Source: an uncultured Chloroflexia bacterium
GTDB taxonomy: Bacteria; Chloroflexota; Anaerolineae; Anaerolineales; UBA4823
Length of the DNA stretch: 64,000 nt
Assembly: GCA_963822175.1 (NCBI GenBank)
Contig: CAWGGJ010000003.1
Coordinates: 198,802-262,801, forward strand
Direction: 5' to 3'
Below are positions 47,321-57,649 of this stretch, one piece after another (within the stretch, counting starts at the first letter, position 1; every line of letters begins with the position of its first letter). The position numbers and the translations under genes were made by a program. The notes below the pieces were generated by a model. The model saw only the letters and a program-made list of their open reading frames with translations, searched no databases and was not told the DNA's origin.

Positions 47321-48738
47321 GCGCACCAGTGATCTGGATCTTTGTACCATTTTTATTGGGAGTTGTTTTATTTTTTTTCCGGCACTTTTACCGGTTAACT
47401 GTGGCAATCAGTACTGGGGTGATGATTTTATTGGCTGGAATGGCTTGGAAACTGCCAATTAAAGATGCAATCCAAATTGGTCAATGGTCTTTTGAAATCA
47501 ATGATACTTTGCTGGTCTTAGGAAGGCGATTTATTTTGGATAACACGGATCGCCCCTTACTGGTAGTGATATTCCTTCTCGCCAGTTTTTGGTTTGCAGC
47601 AGTATATGTCGCTAACTCAGGTAGAATGTTCACTCCACTTGGGATGGTTCTCGTTGCTTTGCTGACTGCTGCACTGGCAGTCGAACCATTCCTTTATGCA
47701 GCGTTATTGTTGGAATTATCTGTCCTGATCTGTGTGCCCATCCTTATCCTGCCGGGTAGCAAAACAGGAAAGGGTGTATTACGCTTTTTAACATTCATGT
47801 CGTTTGGTATGCCGTTCATATTATTTTCAGGCTGGATACTTGCCGGAGTAGAAGCAAGCCCAGAAGAACTAACCCTGGTGACACGTGCATCCCTGTCGCT
47901 GGCATTTGGTTTTGTGTTTTTATTAGCCATCTTTCCTTTTCACACCTGGATACCCATGCTGGGTGAAGAAATCCATCCATATGCTGTTGGTTTCATCCTG
48001 GTCATCCTTCCATGGATGGTGACCCTCTTCGGGCTCGGTTTTTTTGACCGATACACCTGGTTGCGAGATTCTTCATCTGCCATTCAGTTGATGCAACTCT
48101 GTGGAGCGATGATGGTGTTCGTTGGTGGTATCTGGTCAGCTTTTCAACGTCATTTGGGACGGATGCTAGGCTATGCATGTATGACCGGGATAGGTATCTC
48201 CTTACTGGCTATTACTGTCAGGTCAGGTATGTCATTGTTTTTTTCCTTGCTCCTACCCCACAGTTTGGCTATCGGCCTTTGGGCATTGGGATTATCATCA
48301 ATCTATAATACGCAATTGCAATTTGGAAGTGAGGCATTGCGATTTCATTCCGTAAAGGGCATAGCACGGCGAATGCCAGTTGCGTCCCTCGGTGTGATAT
48401 TAGGTTGCTTTTCTATGGCCGGTATGCCCTTGCTGGCTGGTTTTCCAGTAAATTTATCATTATGGAAGGGTTTGGCCATTAACGCACCCGTCATTACTGT
48501 TTTCACCATGTTCGGATGCTTTGGCTTGTTTGCCAGTGGTCTCCGAAGCCTGGCTGTGATGACCATGGGGGGTACGGATGAAAAATGGAGCCTTCACGAA
48601 ACCCGAGGTAGCCTGATATTCCTTTCACTTGGGTTGATCCTGATATTTCTTGTGGGAATTCTCCCGCAATGGTTCCTTCCACACATGACCAATGCAGCAC
48701 AGGTATTTTCTCACCTGATTTCCTGGCAAGTACCATAA
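47317..48738 (+). CDS. Proton-antiporter-like membrane subunit (NuoN / MrpD family)
   Basis: [23 protein letters not shown] resembles the conserved PFHxWLPDA(Y/H)EGAP segment. About 14 helices. Start set at the GTG 47317, overlapping the upstream TGA. Confidence 0.65.
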   Translation: MSAPVIWIFVPFLLGVVLFFFRHFYRLTVAISTGVMILLAGMAWKLPIKDAIQIGQWSFEINDTLLVLGRRFILDNTDRPLLVVIFLLASFWFAAVYVANSGRMFTPLGMVLVALLTAALAVEPFLYAALLLELSVLICVPILILPGSKTGKGVLRFLTFMSFGMPFILFSGWILAGVEASPEELTLVTRASLSLAFGFVFLLAIFPFHTWIPMLGEEIHPYAVGFILVILPWMVTLFGLGFFDRYTWLRDSSSAIQLMQLCGAMMVFVGGIWSAFQRHLGRMLGYACMTGIGISLLAITVRSGMSLFFSLLLPHSLAIGLWALGLSSIYNTQLQFGSEALRFHSVKGIARRMPVASLGVILGCFSMAGMPLLAGFPVNLSLWKGLAINAPVITVFTMFGCFGLFASGLRSLAVMTMGGTDEKWSLHETRGSLIFLSLGLILIFLVGILPQWFLPHMTNAAQVFSHLISWQVP

Positions 48739-48823
48739 ACTACCTCATGCTATAATCGCCATATCGAACTACCCATCCACATGGGAGTGAAGAATATGAA
48801 TTTTATTAATCTTAGGAGCCCTC

Positions 48824-50002
48824 ATGGATATTGAACAGCTACAGAAGCGGATTCAATGGATTGAAGAGGACCGCCGAAAAGAAAAAGATGCGATCGCCCT
48901 GCTTGAGAATAAGTTGACAACCTTGGAGGGCAACCTTACAAAAGTTTTGCAACAAGGTAAGGATTTAAGTGGTGAAATCACACGCCTTTCCGCAATCATT
49001 GTCCGCATGGATCAATACGACCAGGCTTTAGCCAGAGCACGGGTCGAGACCAAGCAAACCATCGACGACCTTGATAAGACGGTTAAGCTTCGCTTTGATG
49101 AATTTGAAAAAGTTCGTCGAGCTGAAATCCAATCCATTGATATCAAGATTCTCGATTTACAAAAACAGCTCGAAATTATCCCAAAATTGGATAAAAATAT
49201 ACAGTCACGCGTTGAAATTGAAATTGCAATTCGACGATCCGTGGATGAGCTGCGCAGTAAAATCGATGCGGTTCGGATCGAAGAAGAAGAGTACACCCGA
49301 ACAGTACGCCTGCTTGAAGATGGACGTCGTCAGGATGCAAAGCGGATAGTGGATTTGCAAGGTGAAGAAAATGCTCTAAGAAAGCGAGTGGATGATCAGA
49401 GAGGCCAGACAGAATTATTCAACACGAACTTGAGAAAATTGGAAACCCGCTTAAATGAGCTGATTACGGTTGAAGATGAACGCAAAGATGTGATGACTAA
49501 TTTCCTTAATAAGCAGGCAGTTACCCAGGTTGAACGCGAGCGAACCTGGAAGGAATGGCAGGCTCGCTTTGATACGATTGAAAAACAAGCAGTGGATATC
49601 GAGGCTCAGCTTGTCGTCCTAGACACCACTCACCGGGATGTGAAACGTACTCAAACAACTTTAGAGGAATTGACCCAAAAGATTGAACGGCGGATCACAG
49701 AAATCACCGAAATTCAGCGTCTCTCAGAAGACCGGTTCAGGCAGGAATGGGTTACATTCAAAGGAGATGACCAGAAGCGTTGGACAAATTACACTCTTTC
49801 ACAGGAAGAGCAGCGCAATGAGGCAACTCGCCAATACGATAAACTGACTGAACAAGCCACACACTATGAAGATGAGCTGCAAGAAGTGAAAGATCTGCTC
49901 CAACAAGCAAACGAATTGGTTGAAAAACGTCTTCAAGCCATCCTGGCCATGGCACATGACTGGGTTACTACATATGAACGTACCGTGAGGCGGACACGCT
50001 AA
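48824..50002 (+). CDS. Coiled-coil protein of unknown function
   Basis: 392 aa, highly charged (E/K/R/Q/L-rich) with heptad-like periodicity throughout. No membrane helix. Confidence 0.5.
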   Translation: MDIEQLQKRIQWIEEDRRKEKDAIALLENKLTTLEGNLTKVLQQGKDLSGEITRLSAIIVRMDQYDQALARARVETKQTIDDLDKTVKLRFDEFEKVRRAEIQSIDIKILDLQKQLEIIPKLDKNIQSRVEIEIAIRRSVDELRSKIDAVRIEEEEYTRTVRLLEDGRRQDAKRIVDLQGEENALRKRVDDQRGQTELFNTNLRKLETRLNELITVEDERKDVMTNFLNKQAVTQVERERTWKEWQARFDTIEKQAVDIEAQLVVLDTTHRDVKRTQTTLEELTQKIERRITEITEIQRLSEDRFRQEWVTFKGDDQKRWTNYTLSQEEQRNEATRQYDKLTEQATHYEDELQEVKDLLQQANELVEKRLQAILAMAHDWVTTYERTVRRTR

Positions 50003-50007
50003 GGCTT

Positions 50008-51903
50008 ATGCATGTTATCGGCACTGCCGGGCACGTTGATCACGGAAAATCCACCCTCGTCCAGGCATTAACGGGTACCCATCCAGATCGCTTAAAAGAA
50101 GAGCGTGAGAGGGAGATGACGATTGACTTGGGTTTTGCCTGGTTGACTCTCCCTTCTGGAGAGGAGGTCGGTATTGTTGACGTTCCTGGGCATCGTGATT
50201 TCATCGAAAATATGCTTGCCGGTATCGGAGGGATAGATGCTGTATTATTTGTCATCGCAGCCGATGAAGGCATCATGCCTCAAACAAAAGAACATCTGGC
50301 CATTTTGGATATTCTGCAAGTGCAGGGTGGCGTCATTGCTCTTACAAAAATTGATCTCATCGATGATCCTGATTGGCTCGAGTTGATTGAAGAAGATATT
50401 CGCAGTGCATTAATCGGTACGATCCTGGAAAACAGACCCATCATTCGCCTCTCTTCGCGCACAGGTCAGGGTATCCCTGAATTGTTAAAATCCTTAAGCG
50501 ATTGCCTGGCTGATCGTCCGCCAAGGCTTGATCTAGGTCGCCCGCGACTTCCCATTGATCGTGTATTTACCATGTCGGGGTTTGGTACTGTAGTCACCGG
50601 TACCCTATCTGACGGGAGCTTTCACACAGGGGACGACGTGGAAATTCTACCATCCAGGTTGCGTACCCGTATTCGTGGTTTGCAAACGCATCGCCGAAAA
50701 GAAGACATAGCCATCCCAGGCAGCCGAACGGCTGTCAATATTTCTGGTGTAAATGTAGATCAGGTGAAACGGGGTGATGTAATTGCTTATCCTGGCAGTT
50801 ATCAATCCAGTCAGCGCATCGATGTTCGTTTTCGTCTTCTTGGTGATGTCGTTCACCCATTGAAGCATAGCACCCCGGTAAAATTATTCCTTGGTGCAGC
50901 GGAGATCTTATCAAGAGTGCGTTTATTGGGAAGTGATGAACTCCTCCCTGGTGAAGAAGGTTGGTTGCAGCTTGAGCTTGATCAACCTATCGTGGCCATA
51001 CGGGGAGATCGCTACATTCTACGTAGACCCTCACCTGGAGAGACTCTTGGTGGTGGAATTGTAGTTGATCCACAACCCAAGCGTCGACACAAACGTTTTT
51101 CAGCCGAGGTGCTCAATAATTTAGAAACACTTGAGCGTGGTACACCTGCAGAGATCCTATTACAGGCACTAATGACCCTGAGAGTGGCAACAATACAAGA
51201 CGTGATTGTTCGATCAAATCTTGACGTAAAATCAGGCGAAGATATTGCGAAAGAATTGGTTTCAACCGGACAAATTATTGTTTTGGAGAACGGCGATCAA
51301 GCGTCAATCTCACCACTTGCATTGGTAACATCGAATGCATATTGGGAACAGCTCCAACACCAGGTTTTACTAGAGGTGGATGGATACCATAAAAACTTCC
51401 CATTGCGGCGGGGGATGTCACGCGAAGAGTTAAAATCGCGCCTAAAATTTTCCTCCCGTCTCAACAATGCTGTCCTGAGAAGAATGGTTTCTTCTGGAGA
51501 ATTGGTAGAAGCTGGTTCACTGGTCCATCGTGCCGGGTACACAATCCAATTTACCTCACAGCAACAAAGGATGATCAACGGTTTACTGGCCCGCTTTGCC
51601 TCCTCCCCATTCTCTCCTCCAACAATAAAAGAATGTTCAACAGATGTGGGAGAGAATATTTACTCTGCTATGGTGGAGCTTGGATTATTGATTCCCATTC
51701 CCCCTGATGTGGTCTTCCGCAAGGAGGACTATGACATGATGCTGTCTGAAATAATTCGCCTGTTGAAATCCAGGGGAACGATCACAGCCGGGGAGGTACG
51801 TGACCATTTCAATACCAGCCGGCGGTATGTGCTTGCATTATTGGAGCACCTCGATGCGAAAGGAATTACTGTTCGTGAAGGTGACCTGCGCCGTTTAAAA
51901 TAA
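50008..51903 (+). CDS. selB: Selenocysteine-specific translation elongation factor SelB
   Basis: N-terminus IGTAGHVDHGKSTLVQALTGTHPDRLKEEREREMTIDLGF and DVPGHRDFIENMLAG match E. coli SelB almost position by position. Four C-terminal winged-helix repeats end in ITAGEVRDHFNTSRRYVLALLEHLDAKGITVREGDLRRL, the SECIS-binding module. Confidence 0.9.
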   Translation: MHVIGTAGHVDHGKSTLVQALTGTHPDRLKEEREREMTIDLGFAWLTLPSGEEVGIVDVPGHRDFIENMLAGIGGIDAVLFVIAADEGIMPQTKEHLAILDILQVQGGVIALTKIDLIDDPDWLELIEEDIRSALIGTILENRPIIRLSSRTGQGIPELLKSLSDCLADRPPRLDLGRPRLPIDRVFTMSGFGTVVTGTLSDGSFHTGDDVEILPSRLRTRIRGLQTHRRKEDIAIPGSRTAVNISGVNVDQVKRGDVIAYPGSYQSSQRIDVRFRLLGDVVHPLKHSTPVKLFLGAAEILSRVRLLGSDELLPGEEGWLQLELDQPIVAIRGDRYILRRPSPGETLGGGIVVDPQPKRRHKRFSAEVLNNLETLERGTPAEILLQALMTLRVATIQDVIVRSNLDVKSGEDIAKELVSTGQIIVLENGDQASISPLALVTSNAYWEQLQHQVLLEVDGYHKNFPLRRGMSREELKSRLKFSSRLNNAVLRRMVSSGELVEAGSLVHRAGYTIQFTSQQQRMINGLLARFASSPFSPPTIKECSTDVGENIYSAMVELGLLIPIPPDVVFRKEDYDMMLSEIIRLLKSRGTITAGEVRDHFNTSRRYVLALLEHLDAKGITVREGDLRRLK

Positions 51904-51939
51904 ATACATCTATTGATTAGTTATTTCCACGTGGTGGTA

Positions 51940-52206
51940 TTATTCCAGGTACTCATTGATATTTAAAGTTTTGTATAAACGCTCGCGCATATCGCTAGGG
52001 ATATCCTCGGTTTCAGCAGCCTCGTGATACAGATAAACGGTTTTTCTAAGCGTATCAACCACGATACGGCAGTTTTCACATTCTTCCATGTGTTGTTCCA
52101 AGACACTACACAATTCCTCGTTTAACTCCCCATCTACATATTCCGATAATGAACCGAGCAATTTTCGGCAATCCTTGTGCTCATGTTTTTTTGTTGTTCC
52201 GTTCAT
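51940..52206 (-). CDS. Zinc-finger (zf-HC2) anti-sigma factor, cytoplasmic
   Basis: H-x3-C-x2-C pattern: LEQHMEECENCR, preceded by CRKLLGSLSEYVDGEL. A 4-nt overlap with the upstream sigma gene. Confidence 0.7.
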   Translation of the reverse strand: MNGTTKKHEHKDCRKLLGSLSEYVDGELNEELCSVLEQHMEECENCRIVVDTLRKTVYLYHEAAETEDIPSDMRERLYKTLNINEYLE

Positions 52207-52901
52207 TCTATTTCTTCTCCTTTGGAATGGAGAAGCATGTTCTCCTGGTCATTTTTAGAGATATCATTTGATGCATCAAGATTTGTTCCACGCATGAGTT
52301 TCGCTCTATCTCCAAAATAAGAAGATAGATCTTCCCTTAGGCGTAACCGCGCTCGTGATAGCCGTGTTTTTACTGCTGTATCGCTTAATCCTAAAATCTC
52401 ACCGGTTTCATGTGTCGACATGTCATTAATGTCCCGCAGTAAAAAAACAACCCTTAAGCTTTCTGGCAACCTTTGAACTGCTTTATCCAATCTTTCTCTC
52501 AATTCTTCAGACAATAACTCACTTTCTGGCAAACAACACCAATCTACGATCTGCACCGGTTCCTGTTCGCCTTCCTCAGTTTCCACAGGTTCATCGATGG
52601 AGATAACATTTAGATGTTTTCGACGTAAAACCATTAATGCTTCATTCGTAGCGATCCTGAATAACCACGTGGATAGCTTTGAGCGGCCATCAAAAGATTT
52701 TAGACCTCGGTATGCCTTTAAAAAAGTCTCCTGTAAAACATCCTCAGCATCTTGCTCATGGTTCAGCATTTTCGTCGCCAGGCGATATATTTTGCTCGAA
52801 TATGCATCCACCAGGTGAGAAAACTCTTCTGGGTCACCGGCCTGCAGCTTCTCTAGCGAAAATCCTTCGGCTAAAACCTTATTCTCGTATTCAACACTCA
52901 T
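52203..52901 (-). CDS. ECF-type RNA polymerase sigma factor
   Basis: Region 2 (FSHLVDAYSSKIYRLATKMLNHEQDAEDVLQETFLKAY) and region 4 (VFLLRDINDMSTHETGEILGLSDTAVKTRLSRAR). Confidence 0.9.
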   Translation of the reverse strand: MSVEYENKVLAEGFSLEKLQAGDPEEFSHLVDAYSSKIYRLATKMLNHEQDAEDVLQETFLKAYRGLKSFDGRSKLSTWLFRIATNEALMVLRRKHLNVISIDEPVETEEGEQEPVQIVDWCCLPESELLSEELRERLDKAVQRLPESLRVVFLLRDINDMSTHETGEILGLSDTAVKTRLSRARLRLREDLSSYFGDRAKLMRGTNLDASNDISKNDQENMLLHSKGEEIE

Positions 52902-53265
52902 TTAGATGCACCTTGTCTGATATCGTCGCATATTTGCATGTGTACAAATCCCAATTTCACCCGCTCATATACTCGAGGCATTAGAGTATAACCCATTTAT
53001 ATCCTCGATATGAAGTATACCGAATATATATCATTATTCTATTAATTAATCACTTACCTGTCGGCATATTAATCGCCCACAATCATAATATTTACAGGTA
53101 CAATTACCCAACTCATTCAGTCCAAGAAACATTTGGAAGTCCGCGGAGATACCTGGGATGTTCCCAGTATCTTAGGCGTTGAGATTAATGGATCGACCTT
53201 AAATATGGTGCACCCAGACCATGTTCGAATATTTATATCCATAATTCAAAACCTGAATCTAACCT

Positions 53266-55410
53266 ATGAGCAATAATCAAGATCCAATAACACCATCTTC
53301 TCCTCTCGCCCCATTCTTTTCACCCCGTGGTATTGCTGTTGTCGGTGCATCAGCTGATCCATCTAAGCTCGGGTATGGTTTAGCCCGCAACCTGGTACAG
53401 TGTAACTACCAGGGGGTCATTCATTTTGTTAATCCAAAAGGCGGCAGCTTGCTTGGTCGACCAATGTACCCATCGGTAAAGGATCTCCCAGACCCGGTCG
53501 ATATGGCAATCATTTTAATTCCTGCCTCAGGTGTCGCCAAAGTCCTTGAGGATTGCGCTTCTCGAGGTATACGGGCAGTAATCGTTGCAGCTGGAGGTTT
53601 TCGAGAGACTGGCGTTCAAGGAGCTAAAATGGAAGCTGAGCTTCTTGACATAGCCAGGCATCATGGAATACGTATCATTGGTCCCAACTGCATCGGCTTG
53701 CTTGATACTCACTTACCTTTAGACGCTACCTTCCTGCCGCCCCCAGGTCCTCCTCCGGGGGATGTTGCATTTATCTCTCATTCTGGAGCCATATGCGCTG
53801 CGGTGATCGATTGGGCGCGTGGTCAAGGTTTTGGCCTTTCCCGCCTGATTAGCCTGGGGAACCAGGTTGATGTTAATGAGACTGATGTATTGGCTCCTGT
53901 CGCTGAAGATCATTTCACCCGGGTACTTACCCTGTATTTGGAAGGTGTGAGTGATGGACTGCGCTTTGTTCAAGAAGCACGAAAAATCACCCGCCAAAAA
54001 CCGATCGTTGCATTAAAAGTTGGACGCTACCCAAGTGGACAGCGGGCAGCCGCTTCCCACACAGGTGCTCTGGCTGGGCAGGAAAATGCCTTTAATGCTG
54101 CTTTCCGCAGGTCAGGTGTGATCAGGGCAGATACCAGTGAAGAGCTTTTCGATTGGGCACGGGCACTGGCATGGTGTCCCCTTCCAAAAGGTCGTGCCAT
54201 AGCAATATTAACCAGTGCAGGTGGCCCTGGGGTTACAGCTGCGGACGCACTGGAGATGAACGGCATGGCATTGGCAATATTATCTCCTGAAACGCAGATG
54301 AAACTGGGAAAAATACTGCCACCAGCAGCAAGCCTAAATAATCCCGTGGACATGCTGGCCTCAGCTACTCCCGAGCAATTTGCAGCATGTCTGCAGGTCT
54401 TGCTTGATGATCCAGGTGTCAACGGTGTCATGGTGGTCACACCTCCTCCCCCCATGCATACCACCGGTGCGGTGGCAAAGACCATGATCCCGGTCATTCA
54501 CAATTCAGAAAAACCAGTCACCATCGCGTTGATGGGCGAGCGATTGATCCAGGAAGCAGTTGAGCATTTCCGTGCAGCCAGGGTTCCGGAATATCGTTTC
54601 CCAGAACGGGCAGCTTCTGCCATGGCTGTTCTGGCTCAACGAGCTGAATATTTACAGCAGGAGCGATATTCGAATTCAATTCGATTGGATGTTGATAAAG
54701 ATGCGGTCACTAAATTTTTATCCGATCACCGTCAGTTTTCGGGTTTTCTGAGTTCACTGGAGACTTCGCCTATCCTTCAGGCCTACAACCTGCCTGACGT
54801 GCCATTACGCCTGGCATCCACATCGGATGAAGCAGTAAAATATGCCCAAGAGCTGGGTTTTCCTGTCGTACTCAAGATTGCATCCCCAGATATCTCCCAC
54901 AAATCAGATATCGGTGGAGTGATGCTCAACCTGGTAGATTCCGAAGCTGTATTGCTTGGCTACTCTCAAATAATCTCAAACACATGCTCGGCTAACCCCC
55001 AGGCACATATTGATGGAGTGTATGTCCAACGGATGATTCCTGCCGGGCAGGAGGTCATCCTGGGGGCTATCCAGGACGCCCAATTTGGTCCGATGGTGAT
55101 GTTTGGTTCCGGAGGCGTTGAGGTTGAGGGATTGAAAGATGTTGCCTTTGCCCTTGCACCGTTAACTCTCCTGGATGCAGAATGGATGTTGGAAAACACA
55201 TGGGCTGGTCGCAGATTACGAGGTTTCCGCAATCTGCCTCCCGCAGATAGGCAAGCAGTTATTGATGCTATCTTGCGATTGGGTCAGCTGGCGGCAGACT
55301 TTCCACAATTCACTGAGATCGATATAAACCCATTGCGCGTATTCTCGGCCTCACAAGGTACAGCCGCATTAGATGTACGAATAAAATTAGCGGGAGCTTT
55401 TGAAGACTGA
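53266..55410 (+). CDS. ADP-forming acetyl-CoA synthetase (fused alpha/beta; CoA-binding, CoA-ligase and ATP-grasp domains)
   Basis: FFSPRGIAVVGAS (CoA-binding), GPNCIGL, the phosphohistidine segment ASHTGALAG, and a C-terminal ATP-grasp (VVLKIASPDISHKSDIGGV). Confidence 0.85.
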   Translation: MSNNQDPITPSSPLAPFFSPRGIAVVGASADPSKLGYGLARNLVQCNYQGVIHFVNPKGGSLLGRPMYPSVKDLPDPVDMAIILIPASGVAKVLEDCASRGIRAVIVAAGGFRETGVQGAKMEAELLDIARHHGIRIIGPNCIGLLDTHLPLDATFLPPPGPPPGDVAFISHSGAICAAVIDWARGQGFGLSRLISLGNQVDVNETDVLAPVAEDHFTRVLTLYLEGVSDGLRFVQEARKITRQKPIVALKVGRYPSGQRAAASHTGALAGQENAFNAAFRRSGVIRADTSEELFDWARALAWCPLPKGRAIAILTSAGGPGVTAADALEMNGMALAILSPETQMKLGKILPPAASLNNPVDMLASATPEQFAACLQVLLDDPGVNGVMVVTPPPPMHTTGAVAKTMIPVIHNSEKPVTIALMGERLIQEAVEHFRAARVPEYRFPERAASAMAVLAQRAEYLQQERYSNSIRLDVDKDAVTKFLSDHRQFSGFLSSLETSPILQAYNLPDVPLRLASTSDEAVKYAQELGFPVVLKIASPDISHKSDIGGVMLNLVDSEAVLLGYSQIISNTCSANPQAHIDGVYVQRMIPAGQEVILGAIQDAQFGPMVMFGSGGVEVEGLKDVAFALAPLTLLDAEWMLENTWAGRRLRGFRNLPPADRQAVIDAILRLGQLAADFPQFTEIDINPLRVFSASQGTAALDVRIKLAGAFED

Positions 55411-55415
55411 TCGAT

Positions 55416-56549
55416 TTATTTAATTCGCTGCATTAAAGCCTGCACCAAATCTACAAGTATTTGTAAACCTTGTCCAACTGGTTTTATATCGATAAATTCA
55501 CTGGTGGTATGTGAGCCTCCGCCGGTAGTCAATCCTATGCATACCGCTGGGAACCCTCTGCTGAGCGGTTCATTGGCATCTGTGGAACCAATATTTAACC
55601 TGGGGCTGATGCCATTTGTTATATGGCATTCTTTTGCCAGGGCGACCAGTTGGTGATCTGCCTGGATTTCACCCGCTGGTCGATCCCCGATGATTTTTGC
55701 TTTCACCTGGATGGTATCCGCACCTTTCAGGTTGGCTTGGTCCACCAACAATTCCACCTGCCTGGTTAATGCACCCAACTTAAGGGGACTCACAGAACGT
55801 AAATCCAGCTGCATGCTGGCTTTACCAGCAATGGTATTCACGGATGTTCCACCTGAAATAACGCCTACATTCAACGTGGTTCTTGGTTCAATGGGCAAGG
55901 CAAGATTCTTGATTTTTACCACTAGTTCTGCAATTTCATGGATGGCTGATGGATTGCCATAATCTATCCAGGAATGCCCTCCTTTGGTGTCCACGCTGAT
56001 CTCATACCTGCGTACACCCAGTCCCCTATGGTATATCTGACCGAGTGACATGCCCTCAAGAATGATATATGCCAGGACATCCCCCTTAAACCGGTTAACC
56101 ACGGATTTCATCCCCTTCAAGTCACCTAACCCCTCTTCACCAACATTTGCCACCAGCCAAACGTCACCCGGCAATAGTCTATCTTCACGCTGTCCTGAAC
56201 GGGTTCCACGCAACGCCCAATATAGTCCAAATAAACCTGCCAGACCCAGCGAATTATCTCCAATCCCAGGCCCGGTGATCTTCTCAATGGTACTCATCCC
56301 AGATAAATCTGTACCCTCAGGGAAGACCGTGTCCAAATGAGCGGTTACCACAACAGGTGGTATTTCTCCTCGACCTTTCAGACATGCATATACATTGCCA
56401 CTTTCATCTTTAAAGCTATCTTGCAATCCTAAATTATAAAATTTTTCCCCAACAAACTCAGCCCGTCGGGATTCATAAAATGTCGGAGAAGGTATTTGCT
56501 GTAACTCTACCGCCAGGTTTATGACCCGTTCAACAATGGATTGATCCAT
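55416..56549 (-). CDS. M20-family metallopeptidase / deacylase
   Basis: VVTAHLDTV, GPGIGDNSLG, NVGEEGLG metal-ligand motifs. Confidence 0.8.
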   Translation of the reverse strand: MDQSIVERVINLAVELQQIPSPTFYESRRAEFVGEKFYNLGLQDSFKDESGNVYACLKGRGEIPPVVVTAHLDTVFPEGTDLSGMSTIEKITGPGIGDNSLGLAGLFGLYWALRGTRSGQREDRLLPGDVWLVANVGEEGLGDLKGMKSVVNRFKGDVLAYIILEGMSLGQIYHRGLGVRRYEISVDTKGGHSWIDYGNPSAIHEIAELVVKIKNLALPIEPRTTLNVGVISGGTSVNTIAGKASMQLDLRSVSPLKLGALTRQVELLVDQANLKGADTIQVKAKIIGDRPAGEIQADHQLVALAKECHITNGISPRLNIGSTDANEPLSRGFPAVCIGLTTGGGSHTTSEFIDIKPVGQGLQILVDLVQALMQRIK

Positions 56550-56557
56550 AATCAGGA

Positions 56558-57595
56558 TTAAACCTTTCGAACGCCTTCTTTCAAGGCTTCCAATCTTGCT
56601 TGTGCTAATCCAGGCAGCGCTTCCATAGCATACATAGCCCCGCTACCTTCAATCGTAAGAGATGCGGAAATACTTCCGTATAATACAGCCTGGAGTGGAT
56701 CATAGGTTCTTCGATATCCCGCAAGAAAACCTCCACAAAATGAATCTCCTGCTCCAGTCGGATCTACTACCCTTGCCGGGTAGGCTGAGATTTCCCACCG
56801 GGAATTTGTCGCACGATCGTAGAGCAGCTGACCACGCTCACCTCTTTTTACCACCACGATTTCGCACCCACAATCACTTATTGCTTCTATCATTTCCCAT
56901 AAATCGGTCTTTCTGCCATGGAATAACATTCGCACCTCTTCTTCGTTGGGAAGAAAAGCAGTCAAACCACTGACTAAGGCTGGTATATCGTCCCAAAATG
57001 TTGGTGTCATTGTACCAGCCGACGGGTCGAGGGTCACAATTGTAAAGCCACCTTGGCGTAATACAGCTGGCAATAAAGAGTGAGTTAGAAAATCAATGGG
57101 ACAAAGATGTGCTGCAGATGCATCCAGGTAATCTGGTGAAATGTCGGATTGGCGTAAAGACGTGGCAGTCAGCTGTGTACGACTGTCATATGAATTCCTT
57201 CGTTGTGCGTAATTTAGCAACGCCTTGGGAAACTGTTGCTCCAACCGCGTAAAATGTGCAGCCGGGTCCTCGGTCAGACGGGTGTACATATCCGTATACA
57301 CATAAAAAGAGCGCAAGTCAATGGCTTCAGGTAATACTCGAATACCCTGGGTATCGAAACCCCGCTTGGCAAGCTCAGCCAGCCAATCTCGAGGATAATC
57401 CTCACCAACCCTGGCTACCAAACCAAGGTGTTCCACAGGCTCCCACACACCAAAGCCTGCCGCGGCATAGATCAGGTTTCCACCTGGTACATCCACAAAA
57501 GCCCTTCCACCTGGGATGAGTGCAAAATCGCGTCGTAGTTGTCCTGCAATGACGTATCTCACTGAAGTCTCTGGCATGGTTTTTCCGATAATCAA
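56558..57595 (-). CDS. PfkB-family carbohydrate kinase
   Basis: C-terminal DPTGAGDSFCGGFLAG motif and overall ribokinase-fold length. Confidence 0.8.
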   Translation of the reverse strand: MIIGKTMPETSVRYVIAGQLRRDFALIPGGRAFVDVPGGNLIYAAAGFGVWEPVEHLGLVARVGEDYPRDWLAELAKRGFDTQGIRVLPEAIDLRSFYVYTDMYTRLTEDPAAHFTRLEQQFPKALLNYAQRRNSYDSRTQLTATSLRQSDISPDYLDASAAHLCPIDFLTHSLLPAVLRQGGFTIVTLDPSAGTMTPTFWDDIPALVSGLTAFLPNEEEVRMLFHGRKTDLWEMIEAISDCGCEIVVVKRGERGQLLYDRATNSRWEISAYPARVVDPTGAGDSFCGGFLAGYRRTYDPLQAVLYGSISASLTIEGSGAMYAMEALPGLAQARLEALKEGVRKV

Positions 57596-57649
57596 TCCCC
57601 AATAATTTTCATGAATAATAGAGAAAGAATCTTACTATCATTAAGAGGT

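Noticed and set aside
52902-53010. Searched for a GTAAC-N16-CGTT or other ECF-type autoregulatory promoter upstream of the second ECF sigma gene
   Set aside because: No AAC-N16/17-CGT arrangement was found by eye, so no promoter call was made.
53135-53240. GGAAG-initiated segment containing TTCGAAT, considered as a possible tRNA-Sec near selB
   Set aside because: No acceptor-stem complementarity, no T-stem around the TTCGAAT, and no UCA anticodon loop could be drawn.
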